Below, piece by piece: positions 35,362-47,305 of a stretch of 64,000 nt of DNA (its first letter is position 1; each line of letters starts with the position of its first letter). The notes beneath the pieces are model-generated. The model saw only the letters and a program-made list of their open reading frames with translations, was not told where the DNA came from and did no database searches. Both the position numbers and the translations under genes were made by a program. The stretch is from Hemiscyllium ocellatum (lineage: Eukaryota): contig NC_083435.1 of assembly GCF_020745735.1 (NCBI RefSeq), positions 15,933,231 to 15,997,230 on the forward strand, read 5' to 3'.

Positions 35362-37305
35362 AGACACAGCAAGCTAACATTTCAAGTCGAGATGACTCAC
35401 TTTCAGAGCTGAAGTGAAGTGTGGAGGGAGCAGCATTTAAGGTATAATTGGCTGCGGGGGTGTGGTGTGGGTGTATTGGCTGGAGGGTGCTGTTGCAGAA
35501 AGGATGTTGGTTGTTCAGATTAATTGATCAGAATGTGAGAGTGGCAGAATAATGGTGTGTCTAATTGCCATGCAGGAAAGAACAGAGTCCCAAAGGGGTG
35601 GGGAGTAAGGGAGAGATGTTATGATAACAGAAAATGTAACAAGCAAAGCTAAAAGGGAAGAAATGGCAGTTGGTTCACAATTTGAAGGTATTGACTCAAT
35701 ATTAAATCCAGAAGGTTGTGAAGTGCCTAGTCTGAAGAGGAGATGTTGTTGCTCCAGTTTGTGCTGTGTTTTACTGGAAGACAGCAGCATGCTGAGGACG
35801 GACATGTGGGATGTGAACAGGACGCTGTGTTAAAATCGCCACATACAGGAAGGTTGGGGGTCATGCTTGTCACCTAGTCTGCGTTTGGTCTCTCCAATAT
35901 AGAGTAGGCCACAGTGTGTACAGTGAATACAATACACTAGATTGGAGGAGGTACAGGTGAAATGCTGCTTCACCTGGAAAGACTGTTTCGACCTATGGAT
36001 GGAGAGCAGGAAGGAGGTGAAGGTACAAGTGGTGCTCCTTGTGCAGTTACATGGGAAAGTGCTTTGGGAAGGATGGGGTAGTTTGGTAGTTGTGGAATGG
36101 ACTAGGGTGTCCTGGTGGGAACGATACCTATGAAATGCAGACAGGGGAGTGAGGGAAAGATATGTTTGGTGGTGGCTTTCTGCTGGAAATATCTGCAATG
36201 GCGAAGAATGATCTTTTGAATGTAGAGGCTGGAGGGATGAAAAGTGAGGACAAGGGGAACCCAATCACACTGTTGTGAGTGATGAACTAGGCAAGGGCAG
36301 AAGTACAGGTAATAGGTCAGGTACAGTTGAGGGCCCTGTCAACCACAGTTGGTGGGAAACCTCAGTCATGGAAGAAGGAAGTCATGTCAGCAGCACTGTT
36401 TTGGAACGTGGCATCATCCAAAGAGATGCAACGTAGGTGAAGGAACTGGGACAACAGATGGAGTCCTTGCAGGACATGGAATGGGAAGAACAGTAGTGAA
36501 GGTAGCTCTGGGAGTCAGTGCCCTGTAGCAGATGGCAGCAGACAGTTTATTTCACACAATGGAGACAGAGATCTCAAGGAATGGAAATGAATGAGGTGAA
36601 AAGTATAGAAGGGTGGACATGGAGACAAAATGAACAGTTTTCAAAGTATTTCAAGAAAAAGGCATTAGAAGGGACCAGTACAGGATCGGAACAAGGATTG
36701 TTCCACACACCCCATAAAGAGGCAGGCATAGCTGGGACACATGTCAAAGCCCATATCCAGTCCTGTGACTTGGCAGAAGTGAGATGAATTAAAGGAGAAA
36801 TTGTTCAGTGAGAGAACACGTTCAGTCAGGAAAAGGAGGGTGGTGGTGAATGGGATTGTTGAGGCCTCTGGTCAAAGAAGAAGCTGAGAGCTCTCAGACC
36901 ATCCTGGTGTGGAATGGAGATATAGAGGGATTGGACATCCATGGTGAACAGGAGACAGTTAGGGCCAGGGAACGAGAAATTGTCAACATGTTGGAGGGCA
37001 TCAGAAGAATTGTAGATGGAGGTGGGCAGGTAGGGAATGAACTCAGTGGGGCAGGAACAGGCTGATATGACGGGCCTACTGGGGCAGTCTGCTTTGGGAA
37101 GGAAGTAGAAGCGGTCTGTCCAGGAAGTAGAAGCTGGTCACTTCTGTCCAGAAGTGAATGTTGAGTCAGGGGTCAGGAGGGGGTAGAAAGCAGTGTCTGA
37201 GAATTGGGATTGTGCCTGAGCAAAGTGAAGATCAGTGCGCCAGATTACAACAGCACCACCCTTGTCAGCCGGTTTGGTAACAATGTGAGGGTCAGACCTT
37301 AAAAC
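35362..37305 (-). mobile_element. Decayed Neptune-type PLE
   Basis: KPADKGGAVVIWRTD (RT N-terminal), FTCTSSNLVYCIHCTHCGLLYIGETKRRLGD (GIY-YIG), LEQQHLLFRLGTSQP; degenerate hammerhead at about 35370-35412. Confidence 0.88.
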
Positions 37306-37309
37306 AAAG

Positions 37310-37475
37310 TGCAGCAATTTCAGATTGTGGGAGGAAACCAGAGCACACCCACGCAGAAACGGGGTGAATTTGCAAACTTCACACAGACAATCACCCGAGA
37401 CTGGAGTCAAACCCGGACTCCTGGTGCTGAGTAGTGTTCTGTAACAGTGCTAACCACTGAGCCATGATGCTGACC
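37310..37475 (-). mobile_element. HE1-type SINE 5' half
   Basis: tgtgggaggaaaccagagcac...gtgctaaccactgagcca. Confidence 0.75.
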
Positions 37476-37946
37476 CACACTGCAACCACACATTATTGGT
37501 TATGGATCTGGGTCTTACACCAGTTTTCACCTGCCATGAAGTCAATCTGCAGCAGGGTGAAATACACAGTGGTTCCCAGCTGTCACCTCTCTCTCTGTCT
37601 GTATCTCCCACCCCATCCCAATTGGCAGCATCATATGTACATTCACACTCCCTGACCGAAGGCAATTCACCTTCCACATTTTAATCCTTTCTCATTCAAA
37701 ATTACATCATTTGCCCCCTTCCTTCCAAGTATGTGGACAGAACAAAGTTTACCATCAGGTACGAGTATGGATAAATGACTAGTGAACATGCAGACACAGA
37801 GAGGAGGAGTGACTGGGACATTCCCGCTCTGACAGGCTGTGACTGACAGGAGCCACAAGGATTAGTATTTGGGCCCCAGCCATCCACAAAGGAGATCAGT
37901 GATTGGAAGCTGGGGGTCAAATCTAATCTTTACAGATTTGTTTTTT

Positions 37947-38210
37947 TTTAGATCACTTACTGTGTGGAAACAGGCCTTTCAACCCAACAAACCGACACCA
38001 ACCTGCCGAAGTGCAACCCACCCAGACCCATTCCCCTACATTTACCCCTGTCCCGAACACTACGGGCAATTTAGCATGGTCAATTCACCTAACCAGCACA
38101 TTTTTTGATTGTGGGAGAATGTGCAAACTCCACACAGTCAGTCGCCTGAGGTGGGAATTGAACCCGGGTCTCTGGCGTTGTGAGGCAGCACTGCTAACCA
38201 CTGTGCCGCA
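37947..38210 (-). mobile_element. HE1-type SINE
   Basis: Same family consensus as 12590-12889. Confidence 0.88.
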
Positions 38211-38294
38211 CATGCCACCATGCTGCCAGGTCAAGTGGCTCCTCCCTGCGGTTGAGGAACTTCTTCCAGAGTCTCATTTTAGCTTTTGACCACA

Positions 38295-38580
38295 GAAAGT
38301 TACAATGGACATGGTTTTCACTGCTGCCTTAGACACTCTTGGACCTCACAAAGGCCTTTGACACAATCAACTGGGAAGCATTTGTGGAGTGTTCTTCTCC
38401 AATTTAGTTGCAACACGATGTTTGTCACGATCTTTGGCCTCACCCACGATAAAGTGTAAGTCATTATAATGGCAAACAGGGTCAACACCTGCCCATTTCC
38501 CCCTCTGAACCAGTGTTGAGCAGGGCCAGGTCATCACCTGAACACTGTTCTAAATCTGTGTTGTTGCAGAACCTCAATGC
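38295..38580 (+). mobile_element. Decayed RTE-clade LINE RT fragment
   Basis: Manual translation: MDMVFTA...DLTKAFDTINWEA...VEQG.VI..TLF. Confidence 0.6.
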
Positions 38581-38789
38581 CAACCAGCTGACAACTTTTG
38601 ACCCAAGGGGACTTTCATTGTAGTCCTGCATTATCGCTGTTCCAGATGTTCTTGATGGGGATCAGTGTGAGCAGCAAGTTATTTTTAGTTAAAATGTGCA
38701 GCTGTACTTCCCCTCAATTTTATGCATCATTGTTCCTTTTCATGGAGTGTTCAATCATGTCAGAGCAGAGAGGATTCATTTATTTAGTT

Positions 38790-38887
38790 GAAAAGAACAA
38801 ATCCTGGAGATCACAACAGGTCAGACAGCATCCATGAGAGAGAGCAAGCTAAGACTTTGAGTCTTGTTGACTCTTCATCAAAGCTGC
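38790..38887 (-). mobile_element. Old hammerhead-type mini-insertion (third family)
   Basis: - strand TTGATGAAGAGTC-AACAA-GACTC-AAAAGTCTT degenerate core; flanked by TCATTTAT at 38776-38783 and 38888-38895. Confidence 0.6.
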
Positions 38888-39372
38888 TCATTTATCGTTT
38901 GTTTTGTTAAATTTGCTTGAGTTTGTTTTGATTGTGGCCACTGCCTAAAACTGGTTGTCAGGAACATTGTCACGGGAGAGCCAATTTTGGTGTGAAAATT
39001 TGTTTTTGCCTTTCCCCAGAGTCATAGCGTCTTCATTTTTGGTTAACACACTGAAAGTTGCTTTTATTCTTGTTTTGTAAGAGCAGAGTAAACACCAAGT
39101 TCATCCAAATGTTTATTTGGAAGTACTATGTTTTGGAATTCTGCTGGTGGTTCTTCCAAATGAACGGACTGATTCGGGATAGTCAACATGGCTTTGTGCA
39201 TGGGAAATCATGTCTCACAAACTTGCTTGAGTTTTTAGAAAAAGTGACAAAGAAGATTGATGAGAGCAAAGTAGTAGATGTGATCTATATGGACTTCAGT
39301 AAGGCGTTCGACAAGGTTCCCCATAGGAGGCTGATTAGCAAGGTTAGATCTCATGGAATACAGGGAGAATGT

Positions 39373-39656
39373 GGGTGGCACGGTGGCACAGTGGTTAGCA
39401 CTGCTGCCTCACAGCGCCAGAGACCCGGGTTCATTTCCCGCCTCAGGTGACTGACTGTGTGGAGTTTGCACGTTCTCTCCGTGTCTGCGTGGGTTTCCTC
39501 CCACAGTCCAAAGATGTGCAGGTCAGGTGAATTGGCCATGCTAAATTGCCCATAGTGTTAGGTAAGGGGTAAATGTAGGGGTATGGGTGGGTTGTGCCTT
39601 GGTGTGGACTTGTTGGGCCGAAGGGCCTGTTTCCACACTGTAAGTAATCTAATCTA
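39373..39656 (+). mobile_element. HE1-type SINE inserted in CR1
   Basis: Full tRNA-like head to (AATCT)n tail; CR1 frame resumes at about 39657. Confidence 0.9.
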
Positions 39657-40380
39657 AAACTAGCCACTTGGATACAGAACTGGCTCAAAAGTAGAAGACA
39701 GAGAGTGGTGGTGGAGGGTTGTTTTTCAGACTGGAGGCCTGTGACCAGCGGAGTGCCACAAGGATCGGTGCTGGGCCCTCTACTTCTATAAAAATCATTT
39801 GTGGGGAGGACAATTCCATGGGGGAAGGGTATGTCTTGAGGAAGATGTAAAACAGCTTCTGGAGGAATTGTCAGGCTTCATGAATGGTTAAGAATGGTTT
39901 AGATGGATCATAACGTGGAGAAATGTGAACCCATGTGGAGAAACAGATTTGCAGGGTATTTCCTGAAGGATGAGGTTGAAGAGTGCAGGTGGACAGTGGG
40001 CCCTCTGTTCCTTGTCACTAAATCACTGAAAGGTAATCAGCAGGTGCAGCAAGGTGTGAGGAAGGCTAAAGTAATGTGAGTGAGCCTTCATTGCTCGGGG
40101 ATCTGAGTACAGGAGCAGGGAAGACCTGCCTCAGTTGGAGCTCAGTTCGCCTGCATCTGCAGGACTGTGTGTACATTTGGTCTCCATATCGGAGGAACAA
40201 TAGCATTGCCGTCCAGGGACAGCAGCGAAGGGTCACCAGACTTATTCCCGGGATGGCGGGACGGTGTCCAATGGCGAGAAACTGGGCGATCGGAGCCTGT
40301 ATTCTCCAGAGTTTTGAAGAATGAGGGGTGTTGAAGTTGACATTTACAAAATGCTTAAAGAGCTGGACAGTGCTTCTTCA

Positions 40381-40600
40381 GGTAAAAACAATGGCTGCAG
40401 ATGCTGGAAACCAGATTCTGGATTAGTGGTGCTGGAAAAGCACAGCAGTTCAGGCAGCTTCCGAGGAGCAGTAAAATCGACGTTTCGGGCAAAAGCCTTT
40501 CATCAGGAATACAGATGATAAAGGGCTTTTGCCCGAAACGTCAATTTTCCTGCTCCTCGGATGCTGCCTGAACTGTGCTTTTCCAGCACCACGAATCCAG
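40381..40600. mobile_element. Fold-back mini-element with two opposite hammerhead motifs
   Basis: TSD CAGTGCT(T/G)CTTCA[GGTAA] (40368-40385 and 40598-40615); - strand ATTCCTGATGAAAGGCTTTTGCCCGAAACGTCGATT (about 40475-40510); + strand mutated ATGATAAAGGGCTTTTGCCCGAAACGTC (about 40515-40545). Confidence 0.88.
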
Positions 40601-41005
40601 TGCTGCTTCAGGTAAGATATTCCCCCCCCGGGGCTGGAGATTCCTGAACCAGGGCCCAATTTAAACATGAGGCGGTTGTCACTTCAGTCTGAGATGAGAA
40701 GAATTTTGAATTCCCTTGGATGGCTGTGAATCTTTGTAATTCTCTACAGAGAGGGGCGTGAGAGATCACTCTTTCAGTGTGTTTCAGGAAAGAGGTCACT
40801 AATTTCTGATTACCAACGGCATTCAGGGTTATTGGAATGGGGAGGGTAAAAGGTACTGGAGTAATCGATCAGACAGAATCATGTTGAATGGTGGGGGTTG
40901 AATAGCCGAGACCCGTTCCGATTTCCTGTAATCAGTCTCTGAGTATTGCAGTGAGATTCCTCGGAGAAACGCTGAACTGAACGTGTTCACCAGCGCAGTC
41001 ACATT

Positions 41006-41016
41006 GAAACTGAAAG
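41006..41016 (+). promoter_or_regulatory. ISRE/IRF-like motif GAAACTGAAAG upstream of the TRIM B start codon
   Basis: Matches GAAANNGAAA; ETS-like CAGGAAGT at 41027-41034; short motifs that may be chance or 5' UTR sequence. Confidence 0.3.
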
Positions 41017-41047
41017 CGGTTTGAATCAGGAAGTACTGAGGGTGAAC

Positions 41048-41458
41048 ATGGCTTCCAGACAGCAGGGAGAGAGTTGGACCGAGGAGACAATTTGTCCCAT
41101 TTGTCTGGATTTCTTCACCGATCCGGTTATACTGGAGTGTGGACACAACTTCTGCCGCTCCTGTATCACCCAGAGTTGGGAAAAGAAGGAGATAAACTCC
41201 TGCCCGGAATGTAGAGAGGAGTTTCCGGAAAGAAACCTCAGGGTAAATCGGGCCTTAGCGAATCTGGCGGAGAAAGCTCGAAAATTAAAGCTGGATCCGA
41301 CAGAGAAGGAAAGTAAACCTCACTGTGAGGAACACCAGAGAGAACTGGAGCTGTTTTGTGAAACTGACAGGAAATTGATCTGTCTGATTTGTCGAGATTC
41401 GCGGGAACACAAAACTCACAACTTCCTGCCGATCAATGAGGCTGTTGAAATCTACAAG
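41048..41458 (+). CDS. TRIM gene copy B coding exon 1 (RING + B-box2), TRIM39/A33-like E3 ligase
   Basis: MASRQQGESWTEETICPICLDFFTDPVILECGHNFCRSCI...CPECR; CEEH...FCETD..LICLIC...H..H; good Kozak context; 411 nt; donor AAG|GTAAAA. Confidence 0.95.
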
Positions 41459-41538
41459 GTAAAAGGTGAAACTAGACTTTTTTTTCACATTGTCACTGGA
41501 TGACAATATAATCGTGTAATTATTTTTCACAATTTCAG

Positions 41539-41634
41539 GATAAGCTGAAATCTTCCTTAGATTCTCTCACAGAGAAGAAATCGGCGGTTCTACAAACGGT
41601 ACTGACCCAGAAACGGAAGATTTCCGAAGTGAGG
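41539..41634 (+). CDS. TRIM B exon 2 (coiled coil, 96 nt)
   Basis: TTTCAG|GAT...AGG|GTGAGC; open frame DKLKSSLDSLTEKKSAVLQTVLTQKRKISEVR. Confidence 0.92.
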
Positions 41635-41727
41635 GTGAGCTCTCCCTGTGCTGATTCTCTGGGATCTCGGTTAGTTTTGTTCCCTTTACCGCGGGACATT
41701 AATGAGGTTTCACATTTCATTTGGTAG

Positions 41728-41961
41728 GAACAGGCGAGCAGTCTGCAGACCCACATCACATCCGAGTTCACTAAAATGCACCAGATACTCACTGAGAAAG
41801 AGCAGCGTTTACTCAGAGATCTCAGGGAAGAAGAGGAGAGGATTGTAGAACCCATGGAGAAAAACCTTCGAGAGATTCTGGAGAATTTAAATTCTATTGA
41901 GGAGGAACTCTCAATTTTAAAGAAACAAATGGAACAAAAAAACGAATTGATTTTTCTAAAG
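41728..41961 (+). CDS. TRIM B exon 3 (coiled coil, 234 nt)
   Basis: GGTAG|GAA...AAG|GTGAGG; EQASSLQTHITSEFTKMHQILTEKEQRLLRDLREEEE...LIFLK. Confidence 0.92.
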
Positions 41962-42410
41962 GTGAGGGAAGATATTGCAGGTTATTTCAGACAGATTTCG
42001 GACATGATGACAACTGTAAAAATAATGTGGGATTTAGTGTAAAAGAGTGAACTGATCTTGTGGCTGTCCGGGCGTTTCTGCCGTTGTCACTGAAGGGTCA
42101 ATGTTCCCGAAACGTTCACTCTGATTTCTCTCCACAGATCCTTCCAAACCTGCTGAGATGTTCTGTTATTTTTGTAACCGCTGCCACAATGTCTGCAGAT
42201 TCTCGGGAATACCGACATTCTCCCGGGAATGGTTTGTGATGTTTTTAGTTTTGTTATTATCTCCGTGTTCCCCAAGTTTAATGATCTCCTGGAACTCCCA
42301 TTGTAATCCAGTTCCAGTTCCATGTGGAGTGTGTGGGTGTGTCTGGTACAGTGGGAGTGAGAGTCAGGGTGTCTGTGAGCGGGACTGATGGTCAGTCCCA
42401 GTTTATTTTA

Positions 42411-42517
42411 AAGCAAAAGAGAAATGCTGGAAAATCTCAGCAGGTCTGGCAGCATCTATAAGGAGAGAAAAGACCTGATGTTTCGAGTCTAACTGACCCT
42501 TTGTCAAAAGCTTTTAT
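42411..42517 (-). mobile_element. 107-bp hammerhead-type mini-insertion in TRIM B intron 3
   Basis: Exact 13-bp TSD CCAGTTTATTTTA (42398-42410 and 42518-42530); empty site in paralog A at 17768-17780; - strand TTGACAAA-GGGTC-AGTTA-GACTC-GAAA-CA-TC degenerate core. Confidence 0.85.
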
Positions 42518-42664
42518 CCAGTTTATTTTATCTTCTCCTCAATCTTCCGTCCAAAACGTGTCACGATGCACTTGCATATTGTGTCCGCTCATTTCAGCAG
42601 CCTGTCTGTCTCCTCCTGAAATCTGTTACTGCCATCCTCACTGTTTGTGATTCATTTCTTTCAG

Positions 42665-42687
42665 GAGGCAGCTTGTCGGAAGAGAAG
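42665..42687 (+). CDS. TRIM B exon 4 (23-nt micro-exon)
   Basis: TTTCAG|GAGGCAGCTTGTCGGAAGAGAAG|GTAGGA, identical in copy A; size typical of this TRIM class. Confidence 0.88.
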
Positions 42688-43766
42688 GTAGGACATGCTC
42701 TTTACTGAAACACTGCCCAGTTTGCTCAGTAACTCAGGGACGGGCTGTTTTGGGGTTATTTCCTGGTTATTGTCGCCGCTTGAAAGGGTCATTCATGGGA
42801 TAACATTTACTCTGGTTATAGCTCACACGCGAGTGTTTTTATAATAAGAAGCTTATTGCAGGGTTAAGACAGTGTTAGATTTCATAAAACTGTTCTGCAG
42901 TATTGTAAGCAATGAAAAGATGACTGTAAATAATACAACCTGGTTCTCAGGATGATTTTGGCTGTGTGTGTGTGACTGTGACTTTGAGGAGACACACAGC
43001 CCATGTTTCCAGGGAATGGCCTGGATCCTAACCAAACGCAGACAGTCAGAGTTTAAAGGGAAATCATTTTTGTTTCACCTTTTACAGAACAAACTTGCAC
43101 TGTAGCCTTGATAAAGGGAACAATAAATGCAAAATTAAAAAAAAAGTATTTAATTAGTGTAATGTAGTGTACGTTGGAAAGTATAGAAAAGTGTCACTGA
43201 GATATTAACCCCGATGATTGATGTGGGATTTAATGCGTCTTAAAGGGGAATGAGGAATAGAGAGATGGAGAGGTTCAGGGAGGGAATTCCAGAGTTGAGG
43301 GTCTCAGCAGCTGAAGGTCCAACCTCCAATGGGGGGAGAGACTAAAATCAGAGATGGTCAGGAGGCTGGAAGTAGAGGAGCAGGATTCTCGGAGGGTTGT
43401 GGGACCCATGTATTACACAGTTGGACATGAGGCTTTTAGATGTTTCAGGAATTTTTCTCTGTTCCACAAGCTCTGTTTATAATACAGCAAGAGGATGGAG
43501 GGAATGTTCATCATCTCCATGTTGTCTGATGTCTCAGTCACTGATCTGTTATCAGGACATGGGCCTTTCTCTGGACCTGGGGGTTTCCAATCCTCGCCCA
43601 TGCATTATCGAATTTTGTTTGGGTCAGTTATAAAGATAAGATGAACATTTCAAATTCTAGCTCATTGACTGAAACATGAACAATGCTGAAAGAGTGAATA
43701 TTTAACTCATTTCATAAATATTCCAACAAAGCAGAATTTACAAAGTTATCTGTTTAATACTTACAG

Positions 43767-43882
43767 GGTTACTGAGGAGAAGAACACACTCACAGCTGCT
43801 GGTGCCTCTCTATCTCTCAGACATTTCTCTTGCCCTTTACTGTGCACAGTCTGGAGAGAAACAATACACACCATTTATCCAG
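43767..43882 (+). CDS. TRIM B exon 5 (116 nt); terminal B30.2 exon not in the window
   Basis: TTACAG|G...CCAG|GTAAAC; frame-compatible with exon 4; FSCPLLCTVWRETIHTIYP. Confidence 0.88.
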
Positions 43883-43920
43883 GTAAACGTGTATATTCAT
43901 TTTCCTGATTATAACCACAG

Positions 43921-44238
43921 TTAGATGAGATGAGATGCCCTACAGTGTGGTAACAGGCCCTTTAGCCCAACAAGCCCACACCGACCCTCCAAAGAATAAC
44001 CCATCCAGACCTATTTCCTGCTGACTAATGCAGCTAACACTATGGGCAATTTAGCATTGTCAATTCACCTGACCTGCACATCTTTGGACTGTGGGAGGAA
44101 ACTGGAGCACCTGGAGATAACCCATGTAGACACAGGGAGAATGTGCAAACTCCACACACAGACGTCCGAGGCTGGAATCGAACCCCGGTCTGTGACGCTG
44201 TGAGGCAGCAGTGCAAACCACGAGCCACTGTGCTGCCC
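43921..44238 (-). mobile_element. HE1-type SINE, absent from paralog A intron 5
   Basis: Family consensus on - strand. Confidence 0.88.
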
Positions 44239-44559
44239 GTTGTGCATAGAATCTGAGGCCCCAGTTTACATCTTCACATCGCTAGTTGTTAATTCTGGGA
44301 GGCTCTCCCTGGAAACATTGTACTTACTGTGGGTGGATTTCGACAAGTCTCTGAAGCCATCAGCCCTGTGTGACAGAACAGTGAAGGGCTCTGTCTAACC
44401 AGAGGAATAGCACATGGAAACAGGATTTCTAGAGGAGATAAGGAAGGCTCCATCTGGAGTGACATTGGAGGAACAGTTTTTTTCTCACAATATCAGTGAG
44501 ACATGGAGACATTAAAGAGCCGATATTGACAGGCACATATCTATTGGAGGTTGTGTGAG

Positions 44560-46995
44560 AAACAAAATCAGAAGTTGCTTGAAAAGTTCTGCTGGTCTGG
44601 CAGCATCATAGAACATAGAACAATACAGTGCAGAACAGGCCCTTCGGCCCTTGATGTTACGCTGACCTGTGAACTATTCTCAGCTCGTCAATTCGTCGGA
44701 ATTGATAAACTTTTCTAATTCCAGACTAGAGACGGAGGCAGCATTAATGTTAGTATTTATATACTGGAGAAAGATTTGTGGTTGGAGGCCAGAATAGGAC
44801 TGGATCAAGAATGTTCCACATACCCACAAAGAGACAGGCATAACTAGGGCCCATGTGGGTACCCATGGTCGCCCTGTGTCCTGAAAAATATGAGGGGAGT
44901 AAAACGAGAAGTTGTTGAGGGTGAGGATGAGCTTGTCCAAGGGGAGCAGGGTGGTGGGGGGTGGGGTCAGTTCAGGCCTTTGTTCCAGGAAGAAGCGGAG
45001 AGCCCTGAGATCATCCTGGTGGGGGATGGAGGTGTAGAAGGATTGCACATCCATGGCGAAGAGGAAGTGATCAGCAGGCTTCATAACGAAGTCAGGGTTG
45101 GATCTCAGAGCACTGCCTCCAAGCTGACAGTCCACCACCCCCACATAGCTCACTTCTACCTCCTTCCCAAAATTCACAAACACATTCATTGTTTCTGCCT
45201 GTTCCTGCCCCACAGAACTCATCACTTCCTACCTTGACTCAGTTTTTTTCTCCCCGGTCCAATCCCTGTTGACAGGATGGCCTCAGGGCTCTCCGCTTCT
45301 TCCTGGAACAAAGGCCTACACCATCCCCAAACCCACCACGCTCCCTCCTTGGCCGGGCTCACCCTGAACTAATTCTCTTTTAACTCCCCTTATTTTCTTC
45401 AGGTCAGAGGGGTGAGCATGGGCCCCAGTTATTCCTGCCTCTTTATGGGGTACGTGGAACATTCTTGCTCCAGTGCTATTCTTGCCCTTCCTCACAACAT
45501 CTCCCCCAATAGGTTGCTGATATCATCAGTGCTACCTCCCTCTCTAGTTTGGAATTCGAAAAGATTTTTGATTTCGCTTCCAGCTCCCATTGCACTCTCA
45601 CCTTCACCTGGTCCATCGCTGACTTCTCCTTTCCTCAAATCTCTGTTTCCATTTCTGGGGATACACTGGCCACAAAAAAAGCCATTGACTCCCAGTTACC
45701 TGGGCTATACATCGTTGCGTCATGCTTCCTGTAAAGACTCCAATCCATTCTCCCAGTCCCTTTGTCTCCATCACATTTGTTCCAATGGTGCCAAGGTCAA
45801 CAAGAGAGCCATCAAAATGTCCACTTTCTTCCTCAACTGAGGTTTATGCAGCACTATTGTTATCAGAGCTCTCAATTGGGTCCAAACCATCTCCCGCATT
45901 TCAGCCCTCACCCCCTCTCTTCCCTCTTGCAACAGTGATAGGGTTCCCCTTGTCCTTGCCTACCAGCCCACCAGCATCTACAACCAGAAGATCATCAGCC
46001 ACCACCTCCAGTGAGATGCCACCATCAGACACCACACAGCTCCAATCCACATCCTGGCTAGTCCTAATACCCCTCCAACAGCCTCATGGCAGATTCCCTT
46101 GGAATGCAGGAGGTGTAACATTTGTCCGTTTACCTCCTCCCTCCTCAGTAAGCAAGGGCTCTAATGTACCTTCCAGCTGAAGCAGCAGTTTATTTGCACT
46201 CCACACAGTCTTGTCTGCTGCATTCCCTGCTCACAATGTGGTCTCCTCCACATTGGGGAAACAAAGAATAGACTGTGTGATCATTTTACAGAACACTTGC
46301 ATTGTGTTCTTTTTCTGCAAAAAAAACACCCTGAGCTTCCAGTTACCTGCCACTTTAACCCATCACCCTGTTCCCTGGCCAACATCTCTGTCTCAGGTCT
46401 GCAGCAGTGCAGGCTGGAAGAACAGCACCTCATTTTCTGCCTGGAGACACGACAGCCTTCCGGATTCAATATGGTTTCAATAACTTTAAGGCCTGAGCTC
46501 TGCCATGTACATACGCTAACCCACACAGCCAGGCCTTGTTACCACAGACCTGAAGACAGTCCGGACAGCAGATGCTAGAAGTCAGAGTTAATAGAATATA
46601 GAGCTGGAAAAGCACAGCAGGTCTGACGGTGTTGGTGAAGCAGGAAAGTCGACATTTTGGGTCAGGATCATTCATCAGGACTCACCAGTCTGACCACTTG
46701 TTATTAAAGAGTCTGCTATTACACACCACCCATTGTGATCCATTAATAGAATCCAGTAACAGCTATTCACCCTCCAAACCATATCATTATCCAGTCTTTT
46801 ATCTATCTAATGGCTCTTCTCTCTCTTTGGGCTCTATCTCTAACTGTTGTTTACTTCTTATCCCCTCCTCACGACCCTATCTTCTGTACATAAACCAACA
46901 TTTTCCAAGCTCCATCAGTGCTGAGGAAAGGTCACTCGATCCTATACATTAACTCTGATTTCTCTCCATAACTGCTGCCAGACTAGCTGAGCCTG
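44560..46995. mobile_element. Rearranged decayed Neptune-type PLE cluster (inverted 44685-45110, direct 45110-46540, pLTR remnants to 46995)
   Basis: FAMDVQSFYTSIPHQD, LTLNNFSF, SMGPSYSCLFMGYVE, LEEQHLIFCL; degenerate hammerheads at about 46646-46682 (-) and 46917-46955 (+). Confidence 0.8.
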
Positions 46996-47092
46996 ATATC
47001 GGTTTGACATAGTCACATATTAAACAAGACAGAGATACTTGTAAACTTCCATAAGGGAGCATGAAAAGGCAATTTGTAGACAGTGAGGCTGA

Positions 47093-47305
47093 TAGAATCA
47101 TAGGATCCCTTCAATGTGGAAGCAGGCCATTCAGCCCATCGAGTCCACAGCTTGTGCATCCCTGGACAATATGGACAAAAATTGCATGTCTTTGGACTGT
47201 GCAAGAAACTCATGCAGAAATGGGAGAACAGTCAAACATCACATAAACAGTCACCTGAAGCTGCAATCGAACCCAGGTCCCTGATGCTGTGAGGCAGCCA
47301 GGTGG
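47093..47305 (-). mobile_element. Decayed HE1-related SINE
   Basis: Partial core and tRNA-like head. Confidence 0.6.

Larger units (their letters stand above)
39159..40930 (+). mobile_element. CR1 fragments (younger RT piece 39159-39790, older 3' piece 39840-40930) with nested SINE and hairpin element
   Basis: SQHGFVHGKSCLTNLLEF...MDFSKAFDKVPH; LQDCVYIWSPY...QRRVTRLIPG. Confidence 0.85.

Noticed and set aside
41021-41047. ORF-track start for TRIM B at 41021
   Set aside because: It is a TTG; the ATG at 41048 has Kozak context and aligns with the copy A start
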